The notes under the pieces are model-generated. The model was not told where the DNA came from. It did no database searches and worked only from the letters and a program-made list of their open reading frames with translations. A DNA stretch of 63,873 bases, counting the filler, from Candidatus Hydrogenedentota bacterium (GTDB taxonomy: Bacteria > JBFMHD01), in the NCBI GenBank assembly GCA_040752395.1. It is 3 parts of 3 records of this genome, joined end to end, with 100 filler letters (N's around TTAATTAATTAA, not from the genome) between each part and the next. Parts side by side here need not be neighbours in the genome. Positions count along the whole stretch, not along the records: positions 16,285 to 32,185 come from JBFMHD010000049.1; 2 more parts are not named here. One strand, 5' to 3'. This document shows, piece by piece, positions 20,100-30,688 of the stretch (position 1 is the stretch's first letter; the number at the start of each line of letters is the position of its first letter). The translations under genes and the position numbers were made by a program.

Positions 20100-21422
20100 A
20101 TGAGAACTATATTTGTGGATAAAGTTGTACCAGGCATGATTTTAGCTCAATCAGTTATAAGCAATGGTGGGAATATCTTACTTGAGGAGAAAACTATTTT
20201 AACCAATGAAATGATTGAGAGTTTAAAAAAATGGGATATTAATATAATACAGGTAGAAGAAAAAGTAGTGCGTTTAGATAAGCAAGAAAGAGAAAAAACA
20301 TTAAAAGATAATGATATATTACCGCTTGAAGAATTGATGCCTGAGACTCTGGGACTGGACTCAACTGTTACGCAACTTCCAAAGGTAAAGCTGGAACCCC
20401 AGGAAATTGATAAAGTTATCTCAGGAAGGGTGATAGGGGGTGGCATTAGACAGAGGAAACCACAAGCTTTTAAAAAATTTAAATATGAGATAAAACAGAT
20501 GGAACAGACAAAAAACATCATTGTTCAGGAATACCTAGCTACCCAAAAATCGACTATTAAAATAATGAAAGAACTAACAAATTATCGCAAAGTAGAAAAA
20601 GAAGAGATATTTAAAATTATAAATAAATTAGTGGAAGAAGCTATAACAAATAAAGATATTCTAACAAATTTGACCGCTGTGAAAAATTATGACAATTATC
20701 TTTTATCCCATTCGATAAATGTATGTATATTATCTGTTCTTCTAGGTTATGCAATGGGATTTGATAAAAATGAGTTAATTGGCCTTGGGGAAGGAGCGTT
20801 GCTTCACGATATAGGTATGGCTAAAATACCATGGGATATCTGGCATAAAAAAGGAGCTTTAACTGATGACGAATATTTACAGGTAAAGAAGCATACTATC
20901 TATGGAGCTGATATATTGCTTGATATAGGTGGGTTAACACCGATGGCTGAGGTTATAGCTTATCAGCATCATGAACGGCTTGATGGCTCAGGTTATCCTA
21001 AAGGTGTCGGTAGTGTTCGTATACATGATTTTTCAAAGATAGTTGCAGTTTGCGATGTATTCGAAGCAATGACCTCACCTCGAAGATATAGAAAGAGATT
21101 TCATGGGAATGAAGCTATATCGTTTATACTGCCAAGGTCAGGTATAAAATTCGATGCAAATGTTGTTAAAGATTTTATAAGACTTATGTCTTTATTTGCA
21201 GTTGGTTCTCTACTTAAATTGAACAATGGTTGTATAGGATTGGTTGTTTCTTCTAATCAGAATTATCCGCTTAGACCATTAGTAAAATTAGTTAGAGATG
21301 AAAACAATAAAGATATATCTTCTGATAATAGAATTATTGATCTTGTCAGAGAAAGGGAGCTGATTATAGAAAGAATAATTTTACCTGAAGAAGTTAATAT
21401 TAATATATTCAAAGCGTTATGA
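20100..21422 (+). CDS. HD-GYP domain c-di-GMP phosphodiesterase
   Basis: LLHDIGM, HHERLDGSGYPKG, VCDVFEAMTSPRRYR. Confidence 0.92.
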   Translation: MRTIFVDKVVPGMILAQSVISNGGNILLEEKTILTNEMIESLKKWDINIIQVEEKVVRLDKQEREKTLKDNDILPLEELMPETLGLDSTVTQLPKVKLEPQEIDKVISGRVIGGGIRQRKPQAFKKFKYEIKQMEQTKNIIVQEYLATQKSTIKIMKELTNYRKVEKEEIFKIINKLVEEAITNKDILTNLTAVKNYDNYLLSHSINVCILSVLLGYAMGFDKNELIGLGEGALLHDIGMAKIPWDIWHKKGALTDDEYLQVKKHTIYGADILLDIGGLTPMAEVIAYQHHERLDGSGYPKGVGSVRIHDFSKIVAVCDVFEAMTSPRRYRKRFHGNEAISFILPRSGIKFDANVVKDFIRLMSLFAVGSLLKLNNGCIGLVVSSNQNYPLRPLVKLVRDENNKDISSDNRIIDLVRERELIIERIILPEEVNINIFKAL

Positions 21423-21772
21423 AGATATCTACAAAAGACAAAGGAGATAGAGGGGAATTAATTGCAGTTGAATTTTTTAAAAATATAAATTACAACATAA
21501 TAAAAAGAAATTATAAAACACCATTTGGAGAGATTGATATAATAGCTGAAGACAATGATGAAATAGTATTTATCGAGGTGAAATCATCCTATGATGAGGA
21601 AAGAGAAAACCCTTTATATAACATTACACCAAAGAAATTAAGACATATATTTAAAGCTGGACAATGGTATATAAAGGAATATAAATGTAATAAGAATTAC
21701 AGATTTGATTTTGTATCTATAATTTTTCAAAAAGATGGTAAAAAAAAGATTGAACATATTAAAGGGATTTGA
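21419..21772 (+). CDS. yraN: YraN-family nuclease
   Basis: KGDRGE, GEIDIIA, VFIEVK, RFDFVSI. Confidence 0.9.
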   Translation: MKISTKDKGDRGELIAVEFFKNINYNIIKRNYKTPFGEIDIIAEDNDEIVFIEVKSSYDEERENPLYNITPKKLRHIFKAGQWYIKEYKCNKNYRFDFVSIIFQKDGKKKIEHIKGI

Positions 21773-21775
21773 GTT

Positions 21776-22048
21776 ATGGCTGTTGAAGATTTGATGATTA
21801 ATGTTTATTTAAAGCGAATACTTAATAAATATCATATTGATACAAAAGAACTTAAGTTCTGGTCAACGAAGAGAGTTGTAAATCTTGTTGGATTATTTCA
21901 GAATATTGATGGGAGACAGCTTGGAAAGATGGATTTAATAGCTGTTGAAAATGAGATACGCAGGGTACCCAATGTTAAAGATATAACTTTTAAACTGAAA
22001 CACTGGCAGAAAAAGAACAATGAGTGGGTAGAGATAAAGGAGGAATAA
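21776..22048 (+). CDS. Hypothetical protein (90 aa)
   Basis: Tightly packed in the yraN-comM operon with plausible composition. Confidence 0.65.
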   Translation: MAVEDLMINVYLKRILNKYHIDTKELKFWSTKRVVNLVGLFQNIDGRQLGKMDLIAVENEIRRVPNVKDITFKLKHWQKKNNEWVEIKEE

Positions 22049-22078
22049 AAAGGTAGTTGCCGGGAGAGAGAATTAATA

Positions 22079-23599
22079 ATGTTGGCTACTATAACATCTA
22101 CTGGAATTTTTGGGCTTGATACCTACAAAGTAGAAGTAGAGGTTCATATAGCAAGAGGGTTACCATCGTTTCAGATTGTGGGGCTTCCTGACCAACTATT
22201 AAAAGAGTCTCGAGAACGGGTAAGAGCAGCTATAATAAATTCCGGATTTGAGTTCCCTTCAAGAAGAATAACCGCCAACCTCGCGCCTGCCGGTATAAAA
22301 AAATCAGGTGCTTTATATGATTTACCCATAGCTTTAGGCATTATTTCTGCCTGTATGAAGATTAAAGTAGAACATTTAGCTGATACGGTCTTTATAGGTG
22401 AACTGGCGCTTGATGGAACCCTAAGAGGGATCAACGGTGTTTTGCCCATAGTTGAATTTGCATTAAAAAATGATATGAAAATTGTACTGCCGCAAGCAAA
22501 TCGTCAAGAAGCATTATTAATTAAAGGTGTTAAAGTAACTGGAGTTAAAACGTTATATGAAGCAGTAGAATATATACGAGGTGAATTTGCTGGATATACT
22601 GAGCCGATTGAGATTAAAACCAGCAAAACTAATGTTTATCCATCTGATACTGATTTTTCTATGATAACAGGTCATACACTTGCCAAGAGAGCACTCGAAA
22701 TAGCTGCTTCTGGGAGGCATAATATTTTACTTGTAGGTCCACCCGGTGTCGGGAAATCTTTACTCTCTCAGAGTATTTGTACGATTTTACCAGAGATAAG
22801 TATAACCGAGAGTTTACAGACAACAAAAATTTACAGTATCGCGGGTTTATTACCGCAAGATTCACCGCTTATTAATTACAGGGTTTTCAGAAATCCGCAT
22901 CATACAATCTCATTTGTCGGGATGATAGGTGGTGGTAAGGATGTTATACCTGGTGAAGTATCGCTTGCTCATAATGGGGTCTTATTTCTTGATGAATTAC
23001 CTGAATTTCAAAGAAAGACACTTGAGGTTTTGAGACAGCCTATGGAAAATGGCGAGGTACTTATATCACGTGCAGCAAAAACCGTGAAATATCCAGCTGA
23101 TTTTTTATTAATAGCTGCTATGAACCCGTGCCCCTGCGGATATTTTGGCGATGTTAATAAAAAATGTACCTGTAGCCCATCACAGATTGACAGATATATT
23201 GGCAGGATATCAGGGCCTTTACTTGAGAGAATAGATTTACAGATTGAGGTTACAAGAATACAGATAGATGTAGATATAGATACTGCATCTGAAACGAGTT
23301 CCGAGGTCAGGAAACGGGTTGAGAGAGCAAGAGAGATACAGATGAGAAGGAACCGGTCTCGCTGGAATTCAAGGATTTCGAGAAAGGAGGCATTAGAACT
23401 TTTCAAAGTCAATAAAAATGCTTTAAATTTGTTAAAAAAAATCACAACAGAGATGAATCTCTCAATGAGGTCATTCCTTAAAATCATTCGTATAGCAAGA
23501 ACTATAGCAGATTTAGAAACAAAAGAAGAAGTAAAAGATAGGGATATATTAGAAGCATCGGGTTACAGATTGCTTGATAGAAAACTATGGCGATTTTAA
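22079..23599 (+). CDS. comM: YifB/ComM Mg-chelatase-like AAA+ ATPase
   Basis: ESRERVRAA, GPPGVGKS, PGEVSLAHNGVLFLDE, MNPCPCG, RIARTIADL. Confidence 0.92.
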   Translation: MLATITSTGIFGLDTYKVEVEVHIARGLPSFQIVGLPDQLLKESRERVRAAIINSGFEFPSRRITANLAPAGIKKSGALYDLPIALGIISACMKIKVEHLADTVFIGELALDGTLRGINGVLPIVEFALKNDMKIVLPQANRQEALLIKGVKVTGVKTLYEAVEYIRGEFAGYTEPIEIKTSKTNVYPSDTDFSMITGHTLAKRALEIAASGRHNILLVGPPGVGKSLLSQSICTILPEISITESLQTTKIYSIAGLLPQDSPLINYRVFRNPHHTISFVGMIGGGKDVIPGEVSLAHNGVLFLDELPEFQRKTLEVLRQPMENGEVLISRAAKTVKYPADFLLIAAMNPCPCGYFGDVNKKCTCSPSQIDRYIGRISGPLLERIDLQIEVTRIQIDVDIDTASETSSEVRKRVERAREIQMRRNRSRWNSRISRKEALELFKVNKNALNLLKKITTEMNLSMRSFLKIIRIARTIADLETKEEVKDRDILEASGYRLLDRKLWRF

Positions 23600-23763
23600 T
23601 GAGGCAGTGCCTCAACCCCTTCTGCCATTTGATAACTGCTATGCCATATAGAAGCAGCAAATTATCTCTGTAAGAAGCGTAATTTTGTTGTCAGAGAGAT
23701 GGATGAGGCAGGGTTTGCAAACTATCTCTACTTTTAAAACGTTTCTAAAAGAGGAGGGGAAAG

Positions 23764-24168
23764 ATGAGCTATGTACGAACAAAAATTGAAATAAGTAATC
23801 CACAAAATCCAAAACTAGGGAAAATAGAGAAAGAGGCTCTTGTAGACACAGGGGCACTGATGCTTTGTATTCCCCAACATATTTGTGTTCAGATGGGTTT
23901 TGAAGAAATTGAAAAAAGAGAGGTTACGACAGCTGACGGTAAAAAGCAATTGGTTCCTTATGTTGGGCCAATTCTGGTTCATTTTGAGAATAGAAGCTGT
24001 TTTGTAGGAGCATTAGTATTAGGGGATGATATTTTGCTGGGTGCAATTCCTATGGAAGATATGGACCTCATAATATCTCCTGCTCATAAAAAAGTTATTG
24101 TTAACCCCGATAGTCCTAATTTTCCACGAGCTTTAGTTAAAGAGATTTCTGAGAAACCACCTTTTTGA
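23764..24168 (+). CDS. Clan AA (retropepsin-like) aspartic protease
   Basis: ALVDTGA, TADG flap, LLGAIPMEDMDL. Confidence 0.85.
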   Translation: MSYVRTKIEISNPQNPKLGKIEKEALVDTGALMLCIPQHICVQMGFEEIEKREVTTADGKKQLVPYVGPILVHFENRSCFVGALVLGDDILLGAIPMEDMDLIISPAHKKVIVNPDSPNFPRALVKEISEKPPF

Positions 24169-24181
24169 AAAAAGGTGGTTT
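24154..24181. terminator. Hairpin, likely bidirectional terminator between the protease and era
   Basis: AAACCACCTTTT-TGAA-AAAAGGTGGTTT perfect inverted repeat. Confidence 0.65.
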
Positions 24182-24248
24182 TAAAAGACTTCTTCCACTT
24201 AAAAATATAAAAGATCAAAATAAAAAAACGATGGCCAAAGGCCACATC

Positions 24249-25130
24249 TTATTTAGGTTCCAGGAAATTATTAACCTGAAATCTTTTCCGCCACTTCTTT
24301 ACTGTCTTTACGTGTAAGTCAAGGAATACGGGTCTGTTGATAAATCTTTCTATATCTTTTCTTGCGGATTCCCCGATTTTTTTTATCGCAGAGCCTTTCT
24401 CTCCTATAAGAATAGCCTTTTGAGAATCGCGCTCTACTATTATAGTTGCGCGTATATATGTTTTACCGCTCTCCCTCTCCTTCATATCCTCAATTCTAAC
24501 AGCAGTAGAATATGGCACCTCTTTATGAAATAAGAAGAATATTTTTTCTCTTATGATTTCTGATACAAAAAAGCGTTCCGGATGTTCTGTGATATAATCC
24601 TCGGGATATAAAAATGGTGCCTGTGGGAGATATTTTAAAATACATTCTTTAACACAAGCTACTCCATCGTTTTTGAGCGCAGATATTGGAAAGATATTTT
24701 CTATCCCAAGATTTTTGTATGAATCAATCACAGGTAATAATAAATCTTTATTTTTTAGAAGGTCTATTTTATTGATACACATTATTATTTTTTTATTTTT
24801 GAAAGAATTATATAATCTTTTCTCAGATAATGCTGCAAGGTCATTAGATTCTACCATCCATAAAACGATATCAGCCTCAGCTACGGCGTTCCTTCTTTGT
24901 CTCTCCATCACTTCCTGTAATTTGTATGCTGGCTTTTCAATAACACCCGGGGTATCACTAAAGATTATTTGATATGGCGGTTCTGTAAGGATGCCGATAA
25001 TAGAATGCCGTGTTGTCTGTGGTTTTGGGGATACTATATACAATTTTTCTTTTAATAGAAGATTTAACAGAGTAGATTTTCCAACATTCGTTTTACCGCA
25101 AACAGTCACTCTACCGCAATAAGTAGTCAT
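24249..25130 (-). CDS. era: GTPase Era
   Basis: GKTNVGKST, PQTTR, DTPG, NKID, KH domain (EVPYS, QKAILIG). Confidence 0.96.
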   Translation of the reverse strand: MTTYCGRVTVCGKTNVGKSTLLNLLLKEKLYIVSPKPQTTRHSIIGILTEPPYQIIFSDTPGVIEKPAYKLQEVMERQRRNAVAEADIVLWMVESNDLAALSEKRLYNSFKNKKIIMCINKIDLLKNKDLLLPVIDSYKNLGIENIFPISALKNDGVACVKECILKYLPQAPFLYPEDYITEHPERFFVSEIIREKIFFLFHKEVPYSTAVRIEDMKERESGKTYIRATIIVERDSQKAILIGEKGSAIKKIGESARKDIERFINRPVFLDLHVKTVKKWRKRFQVNNFLEPK

Positions 25131-25242
25131 TGAATAGACTCCGATTCACAATATCGTAGATAAAATATAATTAGATGTAAAGATATAGTTTACAGATTCT
25201 AATTTCCTGTTATAATTATAAATAATAATAAGGCTTAATGTT

Positions 25243-27060
25243 ATGTCTGATTATTTTATCACTTGTTTAACCATTATCATTGTTTTATTTTCAAGTTTTA
25301 GAATAGGTTCAAGATTTTTAACAGGGTTTATTGATTCAATATTTTTAGGACTTGGCATATTATCACTTTCATTTTTTCTTGTATTTACTGTAGCAGGTGT
25401 AAATATTTTTAGCAGTCTTTTTGTGATTATTCTTGCTATTTTATGTGGTGAGAATCAGCCTGTTGAGAAAATAGAAATAGACTGCAAGAATCACATAATG
25501 ATAGTTATTATTATAATAATATCTATTGGTTTTCTTCTGGGTTTTTTATTAAGTAGTACACCTGCAATATTCTATGATAACCTAAAAACTCATACAGGTA
25601 TTCCGTGGCAATATGTCATCGAGAAAAAAATTGTAAATAATCCTCATGATTTTGTATCAGGATATCCTCAAAATAACGAGATGATATTAACAGCCATATT
25701 AGCCTTTATTAAAGAGCCAAGGGTTGCAAAAATACTTAATATATTTTTCTTACTTTTATTTTTTGCAGGTATTATAAATTCACTCAAAATATTTTCTAAA
25801 GATAAATCTGAAAATCTTTTATTTGCTGTTATTGTGTCAGGACTTACTGTATTTACCTGTGGAATATTTGAGAGTGGGGTTGCGGGAAAGAATGAGGTGC
25901 TTCTTATTATCTGGATATTTTATACTGTTAAATATATTGTCTGTTTTCTAAAATCAAATGATATCAAAAAGCTAATATTTGCCAGTGTCTTTATGGGATT
26001 AGCACTCGGAACGAAATATACCTCATTTATTATACTCCCTGGCATAATAATTTCTATGTTTATGTATAATTTTAAATCACATCGATTATATTACAGATTT
26101 TTTTATATTATATTATTTTTAGGTATAGTAGGATTCGTGTTTATGCCATGGCTGATAAAGAATGCGATTTATTATAGTAATCCTTTTTATCCTTTTTTTA
26201 CATCAGTGTTTGATAGCTCTCCTGTAGATTATTCTACAAATTATACGATAATACAATTTGGTTTCAAAAAATATTTGTTACTAATTCCCGGGATATTACT
26301 TAATTTAAAGGGGTTTGGTAGTTTCGATGATATTGGATACCATTATCTATTTAGTTTGATTATTATATTTTGGCAGAGAAAAATGTTTAAAGAGACATGG
26401 TATCTATGGATTATTATTTTTATAACTTTTATGTGTTGGTCAATCTTCGAGCAGATAAAACGTCATATTTTTTCAATATTGCCTTTATGGAACATTATAA
26501 TTTTTATTTACGTAAGCGCTCTTTTACCAACAAAACCCTTTTTTAAGATTGCCACATTTATTTTTATGTTATTTATTGTTCTTAATATTGGTAAAATTAT
26601 TTACTTTGAGCAAAGTATATTTAATAGGTTAGACCCATTATCAGGAAAAATTAGTTATAGAAATTATTTAAAACTTTATGTTGATTATGAAAACATTGCC
26701 AAGTATATTTCTTCAAGAAAAGATAATAAAACTATTCTTCTTATAGGGGAGCTTAGAAGAGTTTATTTTAAAAATCCTATAATTGTAGGTAGTGAAATAG
26801 AAACACCAATCATTAAAAAAATTATACAAAGCGATGATTATTTAAATGAGCTGGTCAAATATTTTAAAAATAACAATATCGGCTACATTTATGTTAATAA
26901 ATGGTGGGTGGACAGACTTAACAGATGTCTTGATTATTTTAAACTCACTTCCGAGGAACAAGAACATTTTTCAAAATTTTTGATTGACTACTTTGATTTA
27001 ATATTTCAAGATAACAATCGATACCTTTATGTAATCAAAACCGATATTAGCAGGAGGTAA
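25243..27060 (+). CDS. Multipass membrane protein, GT-C/ArnT-PMT-like
   Basis: Many TM segments; YD...H, GLALGTKY, PWLIKN..YSNPFYPF motifs. Confidence 0.65.
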   Translation: MSDYFITCLTIIIVLFSSFRIGSRFLTGFIDSIFLGLGILSLSFFLVFTVAGVNIFSSLFVIILAILCGENQPVEKIEIDCKNHIMIVIIIIISIGFLLGFLLSSTPAIFYDNLKTHTGIPWQYVIEKKIVNNPHDFVSGYPQNNEMILTAILAFIKEPRVAKILNIFFLLLFFAGIINSLKIFSKDKSENLLFAVIVSGLTVFTCGIFESGVAGKNEVLLIIWIFYTVKYIVCFLKSNDIKKLIFASVFMGLALGTKYTSFIILPGIIISMFMYNFKSHRLYYRFFYIILFLGIVGFVFMPWLIKNAIYYSNPFYPFFTSVFDSSPVDYSTNYTIIQFGFKKYLLLIPGILLNLKGFGSFDDIGYHYLFSLIIIFWQRKMFKETWYLWIIIFITFMCWSIFEQIKRHIFSILPLWNIIIFIYVSALLPTKPFFKIATFIFMLFIVLNIGKIIYFEQSIFNRLDPLSGKISYRNYLKLYVDYENIAKYISSRKDNKTILLIGELRRVYFKNPIIVGSEIETPIIKKIIQSDDYLNELVKYFKNNNIGYIYVNKWWVDRLNRCLDYFKLTSEEQEHFSKFLIDYFDLIFQDNNRYLYVIKTDISRR

Positions 27061-27063
27061 TTT

Positions 27064-27630
27064 ATGGTAAGTTTATTAGGGATTATTATTGGGGTAATTT
27101 TACTTGGTATCATTTTATTCGTAATTATTGTAATCGTTATTTACAACGCTCTTGTGGTATTAAAGAAGCAGGCTGAAAATGCGTTCAGTCAGATAGACGT
27201 TCAGTTAAAACGAAGACACGACCTGATACCAAACCTTGTTGAAACGGTTAAAGGTTATGCAGCACACGAAAAAGATACACTTGAACGTGTAACAAAAGCA
27301 AGGGGAGCTGCTGTATCTGCCCAGGGGATAAATGACAAGATTAAAGCAGAGGGTGAATTATCCGCAGCTTTGAGACAATTGATGCTCCTTGTGGAGAATT
27401 ATCCTGACTTAAAAGCTAATCAGAATTTTTTAGCGTTGCAGGAAGAATTAGCATCGACTGAAAACCGTATCGGGTTCGCAAGACAACATTTTAATGATAG
27501 TGTTATGTTGTATAATACCAAAAGAGAGGTATTCCCATCAAATATTGTGGCTAATATGTTTAATTTTCAAAGCATAGACTTTTTCAAAGCTGATGAAAAG
27601 GACAGAGAAGCACCACAGGTAAAGTTCTAA
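27064..27630 (+). CDS. lemA: LemA family protein
   Basis: IDVQLKRRHDLIPNLVETVKGYA, ENYPDLKANQNF, TENRIGFARQ. Confidence 0.95.
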   Translation: MVSLLGIIIGVILLGIILFVIIVIVIYNALVVLKKQAENAFSQIDVQLKRRHDLIPNLVETVKGYAAHEKDTLERVTKARGAAVSAQGINDKIKAEGELSAALRQLMLLVENYPDLKANQNFLALQEELASTENRIGFARQHFNDSVMLYNTKREVFPSNIVANMFNFQSIDFFKADEKDREAPQVKF

Positions 27631-27783
27631 AAACAAGAACAACACCCACATACACTTTCTTATTTCGAATTGCAAATTGGAGATTGGAGATTGGAAATAG
27701 GAAATTTAAAGATGGATGTAGCAGGGCAAAAGGAGAGCAAAGAAATTTGCAATTTGCAATGGAGCTGAGCGACAAGGAGAGAT

Positions 27784-29397
27784 ATGAATTTTGGGGATGC
27801 TCTAAATGGTGGGGGGCTCAAACAGACCTTCTGGCAGGAAAAAGAAAAAAATAATAAAAAGATAATATTGCTTTTCTTTGTTTTACTTCTCTTTTATGTT
27901 TTATTTTCAAGCGGTATCGGCTTTATCATTTATGTATTCTTTGAGCATAGCTTAAAATCATTATGCGGATTAAATGATTTTATCAGAATATGTGCCTTTA
28001 TCGGAGTTTTTATCGGAATCATACATTATTTTTATTCAAAATATTATGGTGTTAATAAAATAATAAAGAGTTTAAATGCTGTTCATCCATCCTTAAAGGA
28101 TACATACCATAAACGGCTTATCAATATTGTTGAAGAACTCTCCATAGCCGCGGGTATAGAGATACCAGAGGTTTATGTTATAAAATCATTTGGTGTGAAT
28201 TGTCTGACAATAGCTGATGATAAGAAAGGTAGAATATTTATTACTGAGGGAGCTGTTTCTGTACTTAAACGAGATGAGCTCCAGGCGGTTATTGCACATT
28301 CTATAAGCCATATCTCCACAGGCGATGCACGGATCGGGACAATAGCTGTAAGTATCGCAGGTGCTATCGGTTTAATTTTAAATATAAATTTGTTTGATGA
28401 TAATACTTTAAAACCGCAGTTTATACCCAGAGATTTCAGAGTGATCTTTCTTCTGGTCATAATTTCAGCTTTTTCTATGATGGCTTCTTTTATATGCGGT
28501 GTTATCTGTTCTATGATTTCTGTGAACAGGAAATATTTAGCTGATGCAATAAGTGTCCAGCTTACAAGAAATCCAGAAGCATTAGCATCTGCCTTGATAA
28601 GAATGAGTGAGATAAAAAAATCAAAACTCTGGCTACCCAATAATTCCATAGCCCCGGTATGTGTTGTACCACCCGGCTATAATATATTTGGTGAAGGCAA
28701 TATATTTTCTGATATTTTTTCGGTTCATCCACCTGTTTCAGAAAGGATAAAAAGGGTAACAGGAAAATCAAAAGAAGAATTCACAAGATATATTATGAAT
28801 AAAGAAACAAAAGTTGATGTTATTGAAGAACCGGCTTATTATGCATATAAAAATTATAGATGGGAGGGCCCTTTTACTTTATCTGAACTTGAGAATCTAG
28901 GGTGGGTTGGTGAAAACACATATCTATGTAAAGAAGGCTCCCAGGATGTCAATTTAATGCAAGCGATGCCCTGGTTTTACCGCATGCTGATTAAAAAGCA
29001 GGATAAAGAAATATTAAGATATAAATGTCCCATGTGTAATAGCAACTTTGTTTCTTGCTATTATGAAGGAATAACTATAGCGATGTGTTCTTGCTGCGCT
29101 GGTGTGTTACTTGAGAGATATGATTTACAGAAGATAATATTACGTGAAGAAATGAGGATATCTTCAAAATATAGAGATGACTATTTGAGATTTATAGAAT
29201 CTATAAAACCGACGTGGGAATTACAACGGGCATCTCATCAAGAAGGTATTTATAAGTGTCTATCCTGTGGCAAAAATATGCATAAAGGGTATTATTCAGC
29301 AGCAAGACAGATAATCATCGATGAATGTAAGTATTGTGGTAAAATATTTCTTCATCGTGGCGAACTTGAAAAATTGCAGATCGAGGTAAAATATTAA
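27784..29397 (+). CDS. HtpX/M48-like membrane protein (catalytic motifs degenerate) fused to a GYF_2-like domain and Zn-ribbon domains
   Basis: M48 scaffold (NIVEELSIAAG, ELQAVIAH, LTRNPEALASAL, HPPVSERI); EGPFTLSEL segment; four CxxC pairs at the C-terminus. Confidence 0.8.
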   Translation: MNFGDALNGGGLKQTFWQEKEKNNKKIILLFFVLLLFYVLFSSGIGFIIYVFFEHSLKSLCGLNDFIRICAFIGVFIGIIHYFYSKYYGVNKIIKSLNAVHPSLKDTYHKRLINIVEELSIAAGIEIPEVYVIKSFGVNCLTIADDKKGRIFITEGAVSVLKRDELQAVIAHSISHISTGDARIGTIAVSIAGAIGLILNINLFDDNTLKPQFIPRDFRVIFLLVIISAFSMMASFICGVICSMISVNRKYLADAISVQLTRNPEALASALIRMSEIKKSKLWLPNNSIAPVCVVPPGYNIFGEGNIFSDIFSVHPPVSERIKRVTGKSKEEFTRYIMNKETKVDVIEEPAYYAYKNYRWEGPFTLSELENLGWVGENTYLCKEGSQDVNLMQAMPWFYRMLIKKQDKEILRYKCPMCNSNFVSCYYEGITIAMCSCCAGVLLERYDLQKIILREEMRISSKYRDDYLRFIESIKPTWELQRASHQEGIYKCLSCGKNMHKGYYSAARQIIIDECKYCGKIFLHRGELEKLQIEVKY

Positions 29398-29566
29398 ATT
29401 TTTAGTTCCAAAATGTTTTGTTGGACAATTATAATTATTTGTGCTATTTATAAACTTTAGTAATCCGTCAGTTATTGGTGCGGTAGAATTTACTTTAGAA
29501 GCAAGAAGCAAGATTAAGGAAACTCCACCGAAGATTGAGGGGATACTCTTATATGAGGTTATTATT

Positions 29567-29983
29567 ATGAGCAATTTATGTAGGTTTGGCGTCTCGCTTG
29601 ATAAAGAATTGATTAAAAAATTCGATGCTTTAATTAAAGCAAAAAATTATAATAACAGGTCTGAAGCCATACGTGACCTTATTCGTCAGGAACTTGTAAA
29701 AAAAGAGTGGAACGAAAACGAAGAGATCGCAGGTGCTATCACTCTTGTTTATGACCATCATAAACGGGAACTGGTGAATAAGATTATAGATATACAGCAC
29801 GATTTCCAGAAAATAATTATATCCACTCAACACATACATTTAGACCATAATAACTGTCTTGAGATAATAGCAGTAAAGGGTAAAGCAAAGGAAGTGTTAA
29901 AAGTTGCAGATATTTTAAAATCATTAAAAGGTGTGAAGTATGGGACATTAAGTATGGCTACTACAGGTAAAGACCTTTTTTAA
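29567..29983 (+). CDS. nikR: Nickel-responsive regulator NikR
   Basis: RFGVSL, NRSEAIRDLIR, YDHH, HIHLDHNNCLE. Start trimmed to ATG 29567. Confidence 0.95.
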   Translation: MSNLCRFGVSLDKELIKKFDALIKAKNYNNRSEAIRDLIRQELVKKEWNENEEIAGAITLVYDHHKRELVNKIIDIQHDFQKIIISTQHIHLDHNNCLEIIAVKGKAKEVLKVADILKSLKGVKYGTLSMATTGKDLF

Positions 29984-29998
29984 AAGCTATGATAACTT

Positions 29999-30688
29999 AT
30001 GTTAAAAGAGAATTATTTAAAAATACTGGAACGGGTAAAGAAGGCATGTGATAAAATCAATAAAGATTATCGAAATATCACTATTGTTTCTGTAAGCAAA
30101 ACTTTCAAAGCAGAATTGATTAAAGAGATTTATGATGCAGGACACAGAGACTTTGGTGAAAACTACATTCAGGAAGCATTGAAAAAAATTGAAAAGCTAC
30201 CAGATGATATTCGATGGCATTATGTAGGTAGATTACAAACGAATAAATGCAAGGATGCGGTTGGTAGATTCTCTTTGATACATTCTGTTGATTCATTAAA
30301 ACTTTTAAATGAAATTAGTAAACGCGCTGAACTTAAAAATATTAAACAAAATATACTTTTACAGATAAATTTTCATAAAGAAGAGACTAAAGCAGGATTC
30401 CAGAATATCGATGAACTCATCGGTGTAATTGAAGCAGGTATAAAATTAAAGAATATAAATATCAGAGGGTTAATGACCATACCGCCATTTACTGATAATC
30501 CGGAAAATACAAGACCCCACTTCGCTAAATTGAGAGAGACTTTTGAATTGATTAAAACTAAATATTCTATTGACAGATTCGATATTTTATCTATGGGTAT
30601 GACTGATGACTTTGAGGTCGCTATAGAAGAAGGCGCTAATTATATTAGAATAGGTAGAGCGATTTTTGGAGAGAGAAAGTATGATTAA
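29999..30688 (+). CDS. yggS: PLP homeostasis protein YggS
   Basis: VSKT, FGENYIQE, LSMGMTDDFE, IRIGRAIFG. Confidence 0.95.
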   Translation: MLKENYLKILERVKKACDKINKDYRNITIVSVSKTFKAELIKEIYDAGHRDFGENYIQEALKKIEKLPDDIRWHYVGRLQTNKCKDAVGRFSLIHSVDSLKLLNEISKRAELKNIKQNILLQINFHKEETKAGFQNIDELIGVIEAGIKLKNINIRGLMTIPPFTDNPENTRPHFAKLRETFELIKTKYSIDRFDILSMGMTDDFEVAIEEGANYIRIGRAIFGERKYD

